A DNA stretch of 63,742 nt, the filler included. It is 8 parts of 8 records of this genome, joined end to end, with 100 filler letters (N's around TTAATTAATTAA, not from the genome) between each part and the next. Parts side by side here need not be neighbours in the genome. Positions count along the whole stretch, not along the records: positions 12,824 to 22,352 come from SRR31147125_3877; positions 22,453 to 31,317 come from SRR31147125_3880; 6 more parts are not named here. The stretch is one strand, 5' to 3'. A model generated the notes under the pieces. The model was not told where the DNA came from. It saw only the letters and a program-made list of their open reading frames with translations, and searched no databases. Position 1 is the stretch's first letter; the number at the start of each line of letters is the position of its first letter. Below are positions 20,553 through 30,936 of this stretch, piece after piece. The position numbers were made by a program, and so were the translations under genes.

Positions 20553-22351
20553 ACTTCGATCTCCTGGAAAATATCCATGGTGTATTGACTGTCCAGTTGT
20601 TTTCTGGCTTGAATATTTTCCATCTGTTTTTTCATGATACCCGGGATGTTCTCAGCTGTAGCCGATCGCAGTTGCTCAGTCAGTTCATTATATTCGTCCT
20701 TTAGCATTTGCATTTCGATCTGCTTAAGGCTTTCAACAAAGATCTGTTCCTGATTTTTTAAATTCTGTTCTTCTATGATCAGTTTAATGGTAAAGCTTCT
20801 AATCTTTTGATCATCAATTTTATCAGGAATGTGCCCCGCTTCAATTGAAATATTTTTTTCAATTGTTGTTAAAACTGCTTCCAGAACTTGCTTTAAGAAT
20901 GGATGTTTATAAAGAACCGGGGAAAGATAACGCAGTCCGGCTTTTCTAACCGTCAGGTCACCATTAACTAATAGCTGTAGTAAATAATATTCTGCAGCTT
21001 CACCCTGATCTTTGAATTGCTTGGGCTTTTCACCCATAAAAACATTCTTTTCTGAGCGAGAGGCTTGGCGCTTTTGTCTATTCAGCTGGTTCAATAGAGT
21101 TTGTTCATCAACCAGAAAAAGCTTTGCGATCTCTCGGGCGAACATTTCCCGATAAACCGGATCTGTAAATGATCTTAATTCTTCCATCAATTGTGTGATA
21201 GTGTCAGATTTTATTTTGGCCGACATTTGCGCCGGTTGATAATATTGTCTCAGGAATTCGAGAAAAGGAAGAGCAGAAGCTTCTTTTTTAAAGAAACCTT
21301 CCGCACCTTCTTTCCGGAGGTATGAATCCGGATCTTCACCATCAGGCAAGACAAGGACCTTACATTCCAATTTTTGGGAAGAAACACTAAATCCGGTACG
21401 CACCGCTGCTTTTTGTCCGGCATTATCACTATCGTAACACAATATCGCTTCGTCCGCAAAACGCCGTAATAGCCTGGCATGGTCATCGGTAAAGGCGGTT
21501 CCCGAGCCGGCTACAACGTTGGTATATCCGTGCTGATACAACTGTAAAAAATCCATATAGCCTTCTACGACGATAGCTTTTTTACTCTTGCGAATTTTAT
21601 CGCGGGTCACATTCATGCCATACAATATTTTCCGCTTGTTATAGATCGGGGTTTCCGGAGAATTTAAATACTTTGCATCATTCTTATCGTCCTTCATCAA
21701 GCGACCACCGAAACCGACGGCATTACCGCGGTCATCATGGACGGGAAACATCACCCTGCCACGAAAACGATCAAAGAGCCGGTTATCTTTTTCGGAACGA
21801 ACAAAAAGTCCACTTTGCAACATTAGATCTGCAGAAAAATCATTAGCGAGTTTTGAAACCAGAAAATCCCAGGAGTCCGGAGAGTAGCCAAGTTGAAAAG
21901 TTCGAATGATCTCTTCGGTCAAACCGCGGGATAGCAAGTAATCCAAAGCGGCTTTTCCGGAGGGTTTGAATAATTCCTGATGAAAGAGTTCTATGGCTTT
22001 TACGTGAATATCTCGAAGTTTACCGGTATCGCTTTGCTCCTGTGGAGAAACATCTTCGAACTCCAGAGGAATGTTCGCTCGTTCAGCCAGTTGCTTGACC
22101 GCTTCGATAAAGGAGAGTTTTTCGTACTCCATGACGAAGTTCAGGACGTTTCCCCCTACGCCACAACCAAAACAATGGTAGATCTGTTTTGATGCACTGA
22201 CAGAAAAGGAGGCTGTTTTTTCATCATGAAAAGGACAACGCGCCCAATAATTTGCACCCTTTTTCTTTAAAGGCAGGTACGAAGCAACCACATCGACGAT
22301 ATCGTTCGAATCTTTGATCTTCTCAATAGTGAATTCAGGAATTTTAGCCAT
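20549..22351 (-). CDS. dnaG: DNA primase
   Basis: CPFHDEKTASF...CFGC zinc finger, DRFRGRVMFP, KYLNSPET, VEGYMD and YDSDNAG (Toprim) motifs. Confidence 0.97.
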   Translation of the reverse strand: MAKIPEFTIEKIKDSNDIVDVVASYLPLKKKGANYWARCPFHDEKTASFSVSASKQIYHCFGCGVGGNVLNFVMEYEKLSFIEAVKQLAERANIPLEFEDVSPQEQSDTGKLRDIHVKAIELFHQELFKPSGKAALDYLLSRGLTEEIIRTFQLGYSPDSWDFLVSKLANDFSADLMLQSGLFVRSEKDNRLFDRFRGRVMFPVHDDRGNAVGFGGRLMKDDKNDAKYLNSPETPIYNKRKILYGMNVTRDKIRKSKKAIVVEGYMDFLQLYQHGYTNVVAGSGTAFTDDHARLLRRFADEAILCYDSDNAGQKAAVRTGFSVSSQKLECKVLVLPDGEDPDSYLRKEGAEGFFKKEASALPFLEFLRQYYQPAQMSAKIKSDTITQLMEELRSFTDPVYREMFAREIAKLFLVDEQTLLNQLNRQKRQASRSEKNVFMGEKPKQFKDQGEAAEYYLLQLLVNGDLTVRKAGLRYLSPVLYKHPFLKQVLEAVLTTIEKNISIEAGHIPDKIDDQKIRSFTIKLIIEEQNLKNQEQIFVESLKQIEMQMLKDEYNELTEQLRSATAENIPGIMKKQMENIQARKQLDSQYTMDIFQEIEV

Positions 22352-22452
22352 TNNNNNNNNNNNNNNNNNNNNNNNNNNNNNNNNNNNNNNNNNNNNTTAA
22401 TTAATTAANNNNNNNNNNNNNNNNNNNNNNNNNNNNNNNNNNNNNNNNNNNN

Positions 22453-23217
22453 AAAAGCAAAATGGGATTTATGCCATTTAAAAGATTTAACATGCCGACA
22501 TCAAGTGATCAAGGGGATGTGATGATTTCTAAAGGTAAATGGAAATTCTCATTTAAACATGAAAAAAATCATAGACATTTAGAAGTGAGTATACCTCACT
22601 TTAAGGATAGAGATGATTTAGAAGTTGATATCTATCTCAATCAAATGATAGATGACTCAATGGTCATTGCAACTCCTTTTGAAAAACCAACACAATTTTA
22701 TTACAATCAAAAAATCAATTTACTACAATCAACTGGAACACTAAGTCTTGGTGATGAAATATATGATTTTAAGGGTTGCTATGGGGTGCTCGATTGGGGA
22801 AGAGGCACCTGGAGTTATCATAACACTTGGTATTGGGCAAGTTTATCAGGTAAACAAGGCAATCAATATATTGGGTTTAACTTAGGTTATGGTTTTGGTG
22901 ATACATCTAAAGCAAGTGAAAACATGTTGTTTATTGATGACAAAACGTATAAGTTAGAAGACGTAGTTTTCAATATTCCTAAAACCAATCATCAATATGA
23001 TTATTTAAAACGATGGACATTGACATCTAAACAAAAAAACATTTATTTAGAATTTCAACCGATTATCGATAGAAATGCTTACACAAATGTTCTAGTAATT
23101 AAATCTGATCAACATCAAGTGTTTGGGTACTTTAATGGTTATTTTATCATTGATAACAAAAAAATTGAAATAAGTAATATGATAGGATTTGCAGAGAGAG
23201 TTGAAAATAAATGGTAG
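22453..23217 (+). CDS. DUF2804-family protein (5' partial)
   Basis: MVIATPF...FYYNQKIN, LDWGRGTW, GFNLGYGFGD...EN, SDQHQVFG and AERVENKW motifs. Confidence 0.8.
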   Translation, partial: KSKMGFMPFKRFNMPTSSDQGDVMISKGKWKFSFKHEKNHRHLEVSIPHFKDRDDLEVDIYLNQMIDDSMVIATPFEKPTQFYYNQKINLLQSTGTLSLGDEIYDFKGCYGVLDWGRGTWSYHNTWYWASLSGKQGNQYIGFNLGYGFGDTSKASENMLFIDDKTYKLEDVVFNIPKTNHQYDYLKRWTLTSKQKNIYLEFQPIIDRNAYTNVLVIKSDQHQVFGYFNGYFIIDNKKIEISNMIGFAERVENKW

Positions 23218-23235
23218 TTAAGATAATAAGCAATA

Positions 23236-23270
23236 TAAAAACCAACTATATTTTTTATAGTTGGTTTTTA
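23236..23270. terminator. Bidirectional intrinsic terminator
   Basis: 15-bp perfect stem TAAAAACCAACTATA / TATAGTTGGTTTTTA between convergent genes. Confidence 0.75.
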
Positions 23271-23277
23271 AATAGCG

Positions 23278-24228
23278 TTAATGATACATAAGTTCTATAC
23301 CGGCATAATAACCAGTATCATCAAAAATAAGTTTTTTATGATGGTAGAGTTCAACTTCTACATATCCAGATAATCCTTCTTTAATTTCATGGTCCATTTT
23401 ACCTTTATGTGGTGATTTTAATTGAACAATAGCTTCTTGATAAGCTTTAATGATTAATCGATATGAACGCTTAGTAATCTCAATTGATGTTAAGTGATCA
23501 TTAATACGATTGACTTTAACTTTACTGAAATTATAAGTGGAAAATCTATAGTGTTTATGATTGACATATAAAGATGCAATGAGTCCGTTGAATTTTAATT
23601 TTAAAAATGGAATGATCGCATATGAAAACATGAGTGAGTCGGATGGATGTTTAAAATGATTAGATTGAATCCAAATGTATTTAGACGGAAAAGATTTGCC
23701 ATAATCTTTTTCTATGTATAAATGAGTCTGATCGAAATTTAAGGATTGTCCTTGATATGTAAGATGACCGCGTGCTTTTGAATCCATAGAAATGACACCA
23801 TGGTTGCATTCCATAAAAGGCATATATGCAAATGGACCCATAATTGTTGGTTGGTATAAGTTAGTAGGTATATCTTGATGATCATATATATCTAAGTCAC
23901 CTTTTAGAATCAATCCATCTTGATGAATATTCAAAGATATGAAGTCTTTAGAAAATACGTTATCTTTAATAGAAATATAGAAAAGGATTTTATGAGATGA
24001 AAAATCAGATATATCATATCTCACATAATGGGTAGCTATTGAATGATCTTCATGATTAGTTATAAAAAATTGAATAAAAGCATGAGGATCATCGGTATTT
24101 AAACTAATACCGGGTATCAATGCAAGACTAAATTTTCGATCATGTGTAAGGCACTTATAGTACCAACCTTCAAAATAGTTCTTTTTATTAAGATGTCCTT
24201 GAAATTTTGCTTGATCAAATATTGACAT
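23278..24228 (-). CDS. Tocopherol-cyclase-family protein
   Basis: YFEGWYYK, IMGPFAYMPFMECNHGVISM and YIEKDYGKSFPSKYIWIQSN motifs. Confidence 0.82.
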   Translation of the reverse strand: MSIFDQAKFQGHLNKKNYFEGWYYKCLTHDRKFSLALIPGISLNTDDPHAFIQFFITNHEDHSIATHYVRYDISDFSSHKILFYISIKDNVFSKDFISLNIHQDGLILKGDLDIYDHQDIPTNLYQPTIMGPFAYMPFMECNHGVISMDSKARGHLTYQGQSLNFDQTHLYIEKDYGKSFPSKYIWIQSNHFKHPSDSLMFSYAIIPFLKLKFNGLIASLYVNHKHYRFSTYNFSKVKVNRINDHLTSIEITKRSYRLIIKAYQEAIVQLKSPHKGKMDHEIKEGLSGYVEVELYHHKKLIFDDTGYYAGIELMYH

Positions 24229-24373
24229 AGAATTTCCTTTTTTATGATATATAGATTTATTATAGCATGTATGAATATAGTACCAGATGATTATGTTTAT
24301 GATATCAGATGCAATTATATTTTATTGGTGCTATTATATGTATGAATAAGTTAGATAGAAGGAAGGTACACAT

Positions 24374-24709
24374 ATGATTAAACATTTAAATTATGCAAAT
24401 ATATTAGATTTAACGAAAGAAGTTGATTATCAAAAAGGACAAGTTGTGTCTAAGACGATTACAAAATCTAAGTATGTAAATGTTTCACTTTTTGCATTTG
24501 ATCAAGGCGAAGATTTATCACCACATACAACTGCAGGTGATGCTTTAGTACAAGTTTTAGATGGTGAGGTGACAATCACTATTGGTGATGAGTCATTTGA
24601 TTTAAAAACAAACGAATCAATTGTTATGCCTGCAAACGTTATACATGCAGTGTATGCGAAAAAAGCATTTAAAATGTTGTTGACTATTGTTTTTAATCAA
24701 AACATTTAA
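24374..24709 (+). CDS. Cupin-domain protein (Cupin_2)
   Basis: LFAFDQGEDLSPHT...MPANVIHAV. Confidence 0.88.
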   Translation: MIKHLNYANILDLTKEVDYQKGQVVSKTITKSKYVNVSLFAFDQGEDLSPHTTAGDALVQVLDGEVTITIGDESFDLKTNESIVMPANVIHAVYAKKAFKMLLTIVFNQNI

Positions 24710-24773
24710 AGCAGATTTATAGTAATAAGACATTCAAAAGAATATGAGTGATTTTTGTAGATAGGGGTAATTC

Positions 24774-25238
24774 ATGACAAAAAATGATTATATTAAAAAA
24801 TTAAATTTAGAAAAACATGTAGAAGGTGGATGGTTTAAGGAAGTGTATGCATCTGATACCATCTATAATCATCGACCAACGATGACATCTATATATTTCT
24901 TATTAGATGATCAGAACTTTTCTGCATATCACAAATTAACTGCAGATGAAGTGTGGTATTTTCATGATGGACAAACACTTCATATATCTATGATTGATCC
25001 AGATGGTAAATTATATGATATTAAACTAGGTAAAAACTTAAATGATGGAGAAGTGCTTAGTTTTACTGTACCAAAGGGATGGATATTTGGATCTTATGTT
25101 GAAAAAGGATTTGCAGTTGTTAGCTGTGCTGTATCTCCGGGATTTACATATGAAGATTTTAAATTATATACACATGATGAACTTATTAAAAAGTATCCTC
25201 AAAATATAATGATGATAAACAAATTAACCAGAGATTAG
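24774..25238 (+). CDS. Cupin DUF985 (Cupin_5) protein
   Basis: HVEGGWFKE, TSIYFLL, DEVWYFH and SCAVSPGFTYEDF motifs. Confidence 0.9.
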   Translation: MTKNDYIKKLNLEKHVEGGWFKEVYASDTIYNHRPTMTSIYFLLDDQNFSAYHKLTADEVWYFHDGQTLHISMIDPDGKLYDIKLGKNLNDGEVLSFTVPKGWIFGSYVEKGFAVVSCAVSPGFTYEDFKLYTHDELIKKYPQNIMMINKLTRD

Positions 25239-25244
25239 GGAAAT

Positions 25245-25270
25245 GGAAAGTGCTGACACTTTCCTTTTTA
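25245..25270 (+). terminator. Intrinsic terminator
   Basis: GGAAAGTG-CTGA-CACTTTCC followed by a T-run. Confidence 0.7.
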
Positions 25271-25308
25271 TTATGACAAAATAGCGTTATAATTATGATA
25301 TAAAGGAT

Positions 25309-26669
25309 GTGATGGCTATTAAAAATTTATTGGAATCCCAAAAAGCATATTTTAAAACTAATGTGACTAAATCATATACATTTAGAAAACAGCAACTCCT
25401 TCAATTAAAAGCAGCTATAAATACGTACCAATCTGAATTAGAAGAAGCATTATTTAAAGATTTGCACAAATCATCATTTGAAGCGTATACAACAGAAATA
25501 GGGTTTACTTTAAATTCTATAAGTGATGCGATTAAAACACTTAATAAATGGATGAAGCCTAAAAAGAAAAAAACACCATTTTTTATGTTTGGTGCTAAAT
25601 CATATGTATATCCGGAACCATATGGGCAAACACTCATTATTGGACCATATAATTATCCTGTGCAACTTGTATTGGAACCACTTGTTGGTGCAATCGCAGC
25701 AGGGAATACTGCAATCATTAAACCCAGCGAATTCACGCCACATGTTGAAAAAGTTTTGGTAAAGATGATAAGTGAAATATTTAATGAACAGTATATAAAA
25801 GTAGTGATAGGTGATTATAAAATCACATCATCTTTATTAGACTTAAGATTTGATTATATCTTTTTTACAGGAAGTACAAGAGTTGGTCAAATTGTCTATG
25901 AAAAAGCGGCTAAACATTTAACACCTGTTACACTTGAACTTGGTGGGAAAAGTCCTACGATTATTGATCGTTCTGCACATATTAAAGAAGCGGCTGAATC
26001 AATAAGTTTTGGTAAATTCTTAAATGCAGGACAAACATGTATCGCACCTGATTATATTTATGTGGATGAAACTGTGCATGATGAGTTTTTAGATGCGTTA
26101 ACTCAAGCGATTAAAAAACAATATCAGGATGAGACGCAATTTGGACATATCGTAAGTGAAAAACACTATGATAGAATTAATGGTTTAATCAATACAGATA
26201 AAGTTGTCTTTGGTAATAAACAAAGCAACAAAGATAATCGCATATCACCGACAATACTTGATCAAGTCACATGGGATGATAAGGTTATGCAAGAAGAGAT
26301 ATTCGGCCCAGTGTTGCCAATTTTAACATATCAGTCACTCGATGATTTGATTGCACTTTTAAAAGAAAAAGAAAAACCACTTGCTCTATATATGTTTCAA
26401 AAAATAAGAAAAACATTCACAAAGTACTATATGAGTTGTCATTTGGTGGTGGCGTGATTAATGACACTATTATGCACGTCAGCAATCCGCACCTACCTTT
26501 TGGTGGCGTAGGTCAAAGTGGACTTGGTGCATATCATGGACGTACATCCTTTGATGTATTTAGTCATCATAAATCTATCGTTAAAAGCACCTATCGATTT
26601 AAGATAAAAGTTGCACATCCTCCGTATACAACATTTAAAGAAAAACTCGTAAAAAACATATTAAAATAA
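25309..26669 (+). CDS. Aldehyde dehydrogenase, ALDH3/YwdH-like (1-nt indel near 26396)
   Basis: PYNYP, FTGST, LELGGKSP, NAGQTCIAPDY and EEIFGP motifs; adding one T gives YMFSKNKKNIH...SFGGGVIND...PFGGVGQSG. Confidence 0.92.
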
Positions 26670-26673
26670 AGAT

Positions 26674-26703
26674 AACACCCACATCAAAAATGTGGGTGTT
26701 TTT
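26674..26703. terminator. Bidirectional intrinsic terminator
   Basis: AACACCCACAT / ATGTGGGTGTT stem between convergent genes. Confidence 0.75.
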
Positions 26704-26707
26704 ATGA

Positions 26708-27526
26708 TTAAAATTGATAAGGATGTGCTTTGAAATAATGCATGGTATCTTGATAACCCCAATTGTATAAACTTAAAGCATGCTCTTTTGTAAAAGTTAA
26801 GACACTTTGTTCTTTATGGGTGTTTTTGATTTCATGGAAAATTGTATGCTGAGGAATCATGCATGTTGTATTTTTTGTGCCAAAAAATGCAGTACTGATG
26901 AGTATAATATCACTACACTTTTGATCAATTAATGGTTTGATGGGTGTATTATCTAAAACTCCACCATCATAGTATTTCAATCCATCAATGACTACTGGGG
27001 GAAATACACCTGGCATTGAGCATGATGCTTGAATAGCTTTGATCGCAGTTTCTTCATCAAGCGTATTGATATGAAGATAAGTTGCTTCGACATTTTTTCT
27101 AACACGATGGTTAATGGTTGTTTTAATAACTTCTCTAAAGCCAGAGTCTTCATGACCACTTTGTGTTAAAGAAATATAGAAATCAATGTTTTTTAATCTA
27201 TCTTTTTTAAAATGTCTTAGTAAAATATCATCCATACCTTGCATTGAGTATAAGCCTTGATTAAGTATATCTAGTCTTTTATCTTTAAGCTGTTGGATAA
27301 AGCTTATTTGTTCTCCTAATGGGTTTTCAGGCATGTTAAACCATAAGTCTTTTGCGACATTAATCGAATTTGTTGTAAGGATTGCAGCGTTAGCAGATCC
27401 AATAGATGCGCCAGATATAACTGAGACATGCTTATAAATACCTAAATCCTGTAGCGCTTGGACTGCTCCAATTTGGTATGCACCTCTTGCACCGCCACCC
27501 GATAAACATAAACCTAGTTTTTTCAT
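26708..27526 (-). CDS. Patatin-like phospholipase
   Basis: GGGARG, GASIG and DGG motifs. Confidence 0.92.
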   Translation of the reverse strand: MKKLGLCLSGGGARGAYQIGAVQALQDLGIYKHVSVISGASIGSANAAILTTNSINVAKDLWFNMPENPLGEQISFIQQLKDKRLDILNQGLYSMQGMDDILLRHFKKDRLKNIDFYISLTQSGHEDSGFREVIKTTINHRVRKNVEATYLHINTLDEETAIKAIQASCSMPGVFPPVVIDGLKYYDGGVLDNTPIKPLIDQKCSDIILISTAFFGTKNTTCMIPQHTIFHEIKNTHKEQSVLTFTKEHALSLYNWGYQDTMHYFKAHPYQF

Positions 27527-27612
27527 ATCATCACCTTCTATTTATATATTATACGCGTACAATGGGCATTTATGTCAATAAAAAACATCAACATGTGTTG
27601 ATGTTTTATAAA

Positions 27613-28317
27613 TTATCTTACTTTTTTCATAAAATCTTCTAAATTTTTTGTTTTTGGATGTTCCAATATATCTGGTTTGCCATGTTCAATGATATGTCCA
27701 TCTTCTAAGAAAATGACATAATCTGCAAAGTCTTTTACAAAACTCATGACATGGGTGACAAATATGAAATCTTTTCCTAATCCTTTTAATTCCTCAACCG
27801 CTGATAACACTTCATCTGTAAGTATTGGATCAAGAGAAGAGGTTGGTTCATCTAAAAATATAATTTCTGGATCTAATGCAAGTGCTCTTGCAAGAGATGC
27901 ACGTTGTGCTTGACCACCACTAACATTTTTAGGTAATTTATAATGTTGATCTCCTAAATGTAGTAAATCAAGATATTTATCTGCGATACGAGATGCTTTT
28001 TCAGGATCTACTTGTCTTGTTTTTTCAAGAATCAATGTAATGTTTTTCTTAAGTGATAAATGTGGAAATAAGTTGTGGTTTTGAAAAACAAATCCAATTT
28101 TCTTTTTATAACTAGAACTAGATACATCTTCATCATTAATGGATAAGCTACCTTTGGTTGCTTTTTCAAGACCACTAAGCAATCGAATTAATGTTGATTT
28201 ACCACTACCAGAAACCCCAATAATACCAATGGAATGGTGATTCTCAAGTGCAAAAGATAAATCTTTTAATACAGTTTTATCATAAACATGTGTTAAATGT
28301 TCGATATTTATTTTCAT
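27613..28317 (-). CDS. Polar amino-acid ABC transporter ATP-binding protein
   Basis: GVSGSGKST, SGGQAQR and LDEPTSSLDP motifs; ATG 28317 overlaps the permease stop. Confidence 0.92.
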   Translation of the reverse strand: MKINIEHLTHVYDKTVLKDLSFALENHHSIGIIGVSGSGKSTLIRLLSGLEKATKGSLSINDEDVSSSSYKKKIGFVFQNHNLFPHLSLKKNITLILEKTRQVDPEKASRIADKYLDLLHLGDQHYKLPKNVSGGQAQRASLARALALDPEIIFLDEPTSSLDPILTDEVLSAVEELKGLGKDFIFVTHVMSFVKDFADYVIFLEDGHIIEHGKPDILEHPKTKNLEDFMKKVR

Positions 28318-29078
28318 AAAGCATATTTCCTTTCTAGCCATTTCGTTGCAAATGATAGAGGGATTGTAATGATTAAATATAATACCCACATAATAATATA
28401 TCCTTCAACAAATGCAAATGTTTTAGATTGTGCGACTCTAAGTGAATAATAGAGTTCAGCGAAACTTAAAACATTTAATAAGGCACTACCTTTAATGATC
28501 ATAGAAAAATTGTTCATCATTGGTGGCATGAGTATACGAATAACTTGAGGAATAATAATATAAACATATCGTTGTGTTTTTGTAAAACCAAATAAATCCA
28601 TCGCTAAATATTGATCTTCAGAAATGCTGCTAATTGCAGATTTATATACATTCATCATATATGGGGACATATAAATGATTAAAGCTGTAACACCTAATAT
28701 GTTTCTTTGGTATGTACCAAATGCTGGACCAATTAAAAATGCTGTAATAATAATAAGTACAAGCAGTGGTGTACCATAAACGATTTCTTTAATAATATCT
28801 ATTAATGCAACAAAATATTTGATACGAGACATGGATAACAAATAGAAAACAAATCCTAAAACAAGTGATCCAATAAGTGCAATAATTGACACAAGTATTG
28901 TATTTAAGAAACCTTTGAAAATTAATGACTGATAAGGTGCAAAGGCTTCTAAATTAAACGCATCTGTTTGTCTTAAAACAATAAAAGCAATAAATGCAAT
29001 GATGGTTAAAAATGCGCCGATGTAGGGGATGATACGTGATAAAGTTGTCGAACGATTATCTTTTTCTGTCTTATTCAT
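28314..29078 (-). CDS. Amino-acid ABC transporter permease
   Basis: GTPLLVL, IIIPQVIR and IIKGSALL motifs; multiple TM helices. Confidence 0.9.
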   Translation of the reverse strand: MNKTEKDNRSTTLSRIIPYIGAFLTIIAFIAFIVLRQTDAFNLEAFAPYQSLIFKGFLNTILVSIIALIGSLVLGFVFYLLSMSRIKYFVALIDIIKEIVYGTPLLVLIIITAFLIGPAFGTYQRNILGVTALIIYMSPYMMNVYKSAISSISEDQYLAMDLFGFTKTQRYVYIIIPQVIRILMPPMMNNFSMIIKGSALLNVLSFAELYYSLRVAQSKTFAFVEGYIIMWVLYLIITIPLSFATKWLERKYAL

Positions 29079-29877
29079 TGATATAGAAGTCTAATCCGTA
29101 TTTTCCTAAGTTTTCTAAAATAACAGCATCCCAATTAGCTTTAAGTTCACTATATAGACCGCCTTCATCATTGAAGGTGTCAATGAAATCATTTGCTTTT
29201 TCTAACAAATCAGTATTACCTTCTTTAACAGCCATACCAATAGGGCTTGCGACAAAAGCATCCCAAAGGACCATCGTTGTATTAGGGTTAGCATTGTAAC
29301 CATTAACAACAGGGTTTGCACTCATAAGAAGTACATCAGCAGTACCTTGAGCAACACTTTCGATACCTGTTCCTAAGTCAGTCACTTCAGTCACTGTTTT
29401 ACCATAAGATTCAGGGATTGATGTTGATACTTGTGATGCAATACCAGTGTATTTTGTAGAATCAACTGCAAGTAGATCTTCAATAGTAGAATCTTCAGTT
29501 AAGCTATTTTCATCAGCAAAATCTTTATTAAGTAGTGAAATAATTTTAAAGTAGAAGTAAGGGTTTGAAAAATCAACAATTTCTTCTCTTTCATCAGTAA
29601 TACTCATTGAAGCGATAGCAATATCGATTTCTCCAGATTGTATCGCTGGAATGATTGCTGAAAATTCAGTATTTACAATTTCAACTTCTCTACCTAAATA
29701 TTCACCAAAAGCTAATGCTATATCTACAGATATACCTTCAGGGTCATTGTTTGTATCAACAGTTTCAAAAGGTGGGTATTGCAAATCCATACCAACTCTT
29801 AAAACATCATCTCTTTGACATGCGTTTAGTGCAAGAACGCTTGAAAAAATAAAAAGCACCATAAATAGTTTCTTCAT
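29071..29877 (-). CDS. Amino-acid ABC transporter substrate-binding lipoprotein (SBP family 3)
   Basis: Lipobox LNAC, YPPFE and MSITDERE...FSNPY motifs; GGAG RBS before ATG 29877. Confidence 0.92.
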   Translation of the reverse strand: MKKLFMVLFIFSSVLALNACQRDDVLRVGMDLQYPPFETVDTNNDPEGISVDIALAFGEYLGREVEIVNTEFSAIIPAIQSGEIDIAIASMSITDEREEIVDFSNPYFYFKIISLLNKDFADENSLTEDSTIEDLLAVDSTKYTGIASQVSTSIPESYGKTVTEVTDLGTGIESVAQGTADVLLMSANPVVNGYNANPNTTMVLWDAFVASPIGMAVKEGNTDLLEKANDFIDTFNDEGGLYSELKANWDAVILENLGKYGLDFYINE

Positions 29878-29993
29878 TATAATTCTCCTTTTGTTAAAAT
29901 ATATATATATATAAATTATATATATAGTCATTTTATCATGAGTGATATAAATTTATAAGCATGATGCTAAATAAAAAAATATCATAAAAAGTA

Positions 29994-30022
29994 TTGACAG
30001 TCTATACTATGCAATGTATAAT
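29994..30022 (+). promoter_or_regulatory. Consensus sigma70/SigA promoter overlapping a likely PadR operator
   Basis: TTGACA-17 bp-TATAAT; the imperfect palindrome ATACTATGCAATGTATAATAT overlaps the spacer and -10. Confidence 0.8.
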
Positions 30023-30043
30023 ATTGTTGAAAAGGAGGTATCT

Positions 30044-30352
30044 ATGAAACAACAATTAAAAAAAGGTGTTCTAGAGATTTTTGTTTTAGCCATCTTATCA
30101 AAAGAAGATTCTTACGGTTATAAAATCATCACAGATTTATCAAGTTACATAGATATGTCTGAATCAACGCTTTATCCTATTTTAAGAAGACTTGAAAAAC
30201 AAGAATTTTTAAAAACATATAATAGGATTTACAATGGTAGAAATAGGAAATATTATAAAATCACAATTCAAGGTGTAACAAAAATTGATGATTTTTTACG
30301 AGATTGGGAAGATATCAAAAAAATATATGATATCTTGACGAGTAGTAAGTGA
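30044..30352 (+). CDS. PadR-family transcriptional regulator
   Basis: QLKKGVLE, SYGY, ESTLYPILRRLE and RKYYKIT motifs; AGGAGG RBS. Confidence 0.93.
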   Translation: MKQQLKKGVLEIFVLAILSKEDSYGYKIITDLSSYIDMSESTLYPILRRLEKQEFLKTYNRIYNGRNRKYYKITIQGVTKIDDFLRDWEDIKKIYDILTSSK

Positions 30353-30357
30353 GGTAT

Positions 30358-30936
30358 ATGATGAGCGATATAAGAAAACAAAAAAAATGGTTTGAACAAT
30401 TAAATAGAGAATTATCTCATTACTTTGAAGATGATGAAACACGTGAAATCATGTCTTATTACGAAGAGATGTTTCATGATAAATTGGAAGATGGAAAAGA
30501 TCTTGATGACATCATTGATCAATATGATCCAAAACGCATTGCGCGACAAATGATTCCACGAGTAGTTTCAGGTAGAAAAGTAGAAACATCAAGTACAAAG
30601 AATAATGCAAAACTTATTATTTTAATATTGTTTTCTACACCTATTCTTATACCACTTGGTGTGGTTTATGTATCACTGATTATCACTGGATTATCATTAG
30701 TGTTTACAGGTATCGTACTTATTGGTAGTGCAGGACTTGGATTAATTGCATCAATGATTAGAGTGTTTTTACTAGGACTAGCAATACCTGAGATGCTTGT
30801 ATCTGTGGGTGCGTTATGTCTTGGATTCTCATTGATGGCTGTGGTTGGTTATTATTTATATAAAATATCATGGCAAGCTGTGCAAGTATTATCCATTTGG
30901 ATGAGTAAGTTGATTAATAGAAAGGGTAGCATATGA
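30358..30936 (+). CDS. DUF1700 (HAAS-like) membrane protein
   Basis: EIMSYYEEMFHDKLEDG...DPKRIA followed by TM helices; sits between PadR and DUF4097. Confidence 0.8.
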   Translation: MMSDIRKQKKWFEQLNRELSHYFEDDETREIMSYYEEMFHDKLEDGKDLDDIIDQYDPKRIARQMIPRVVSGRKVETSSTKNNAKLIILILFSTPILIPLGVVYVSLIITGLSLVFTGIVLIGSAGLGLIASMIRVFLLGLAIPEMLVSVGALCLGFSLMAVVGYYLYKISWQAVQVLSIWMSKLINRKGSI

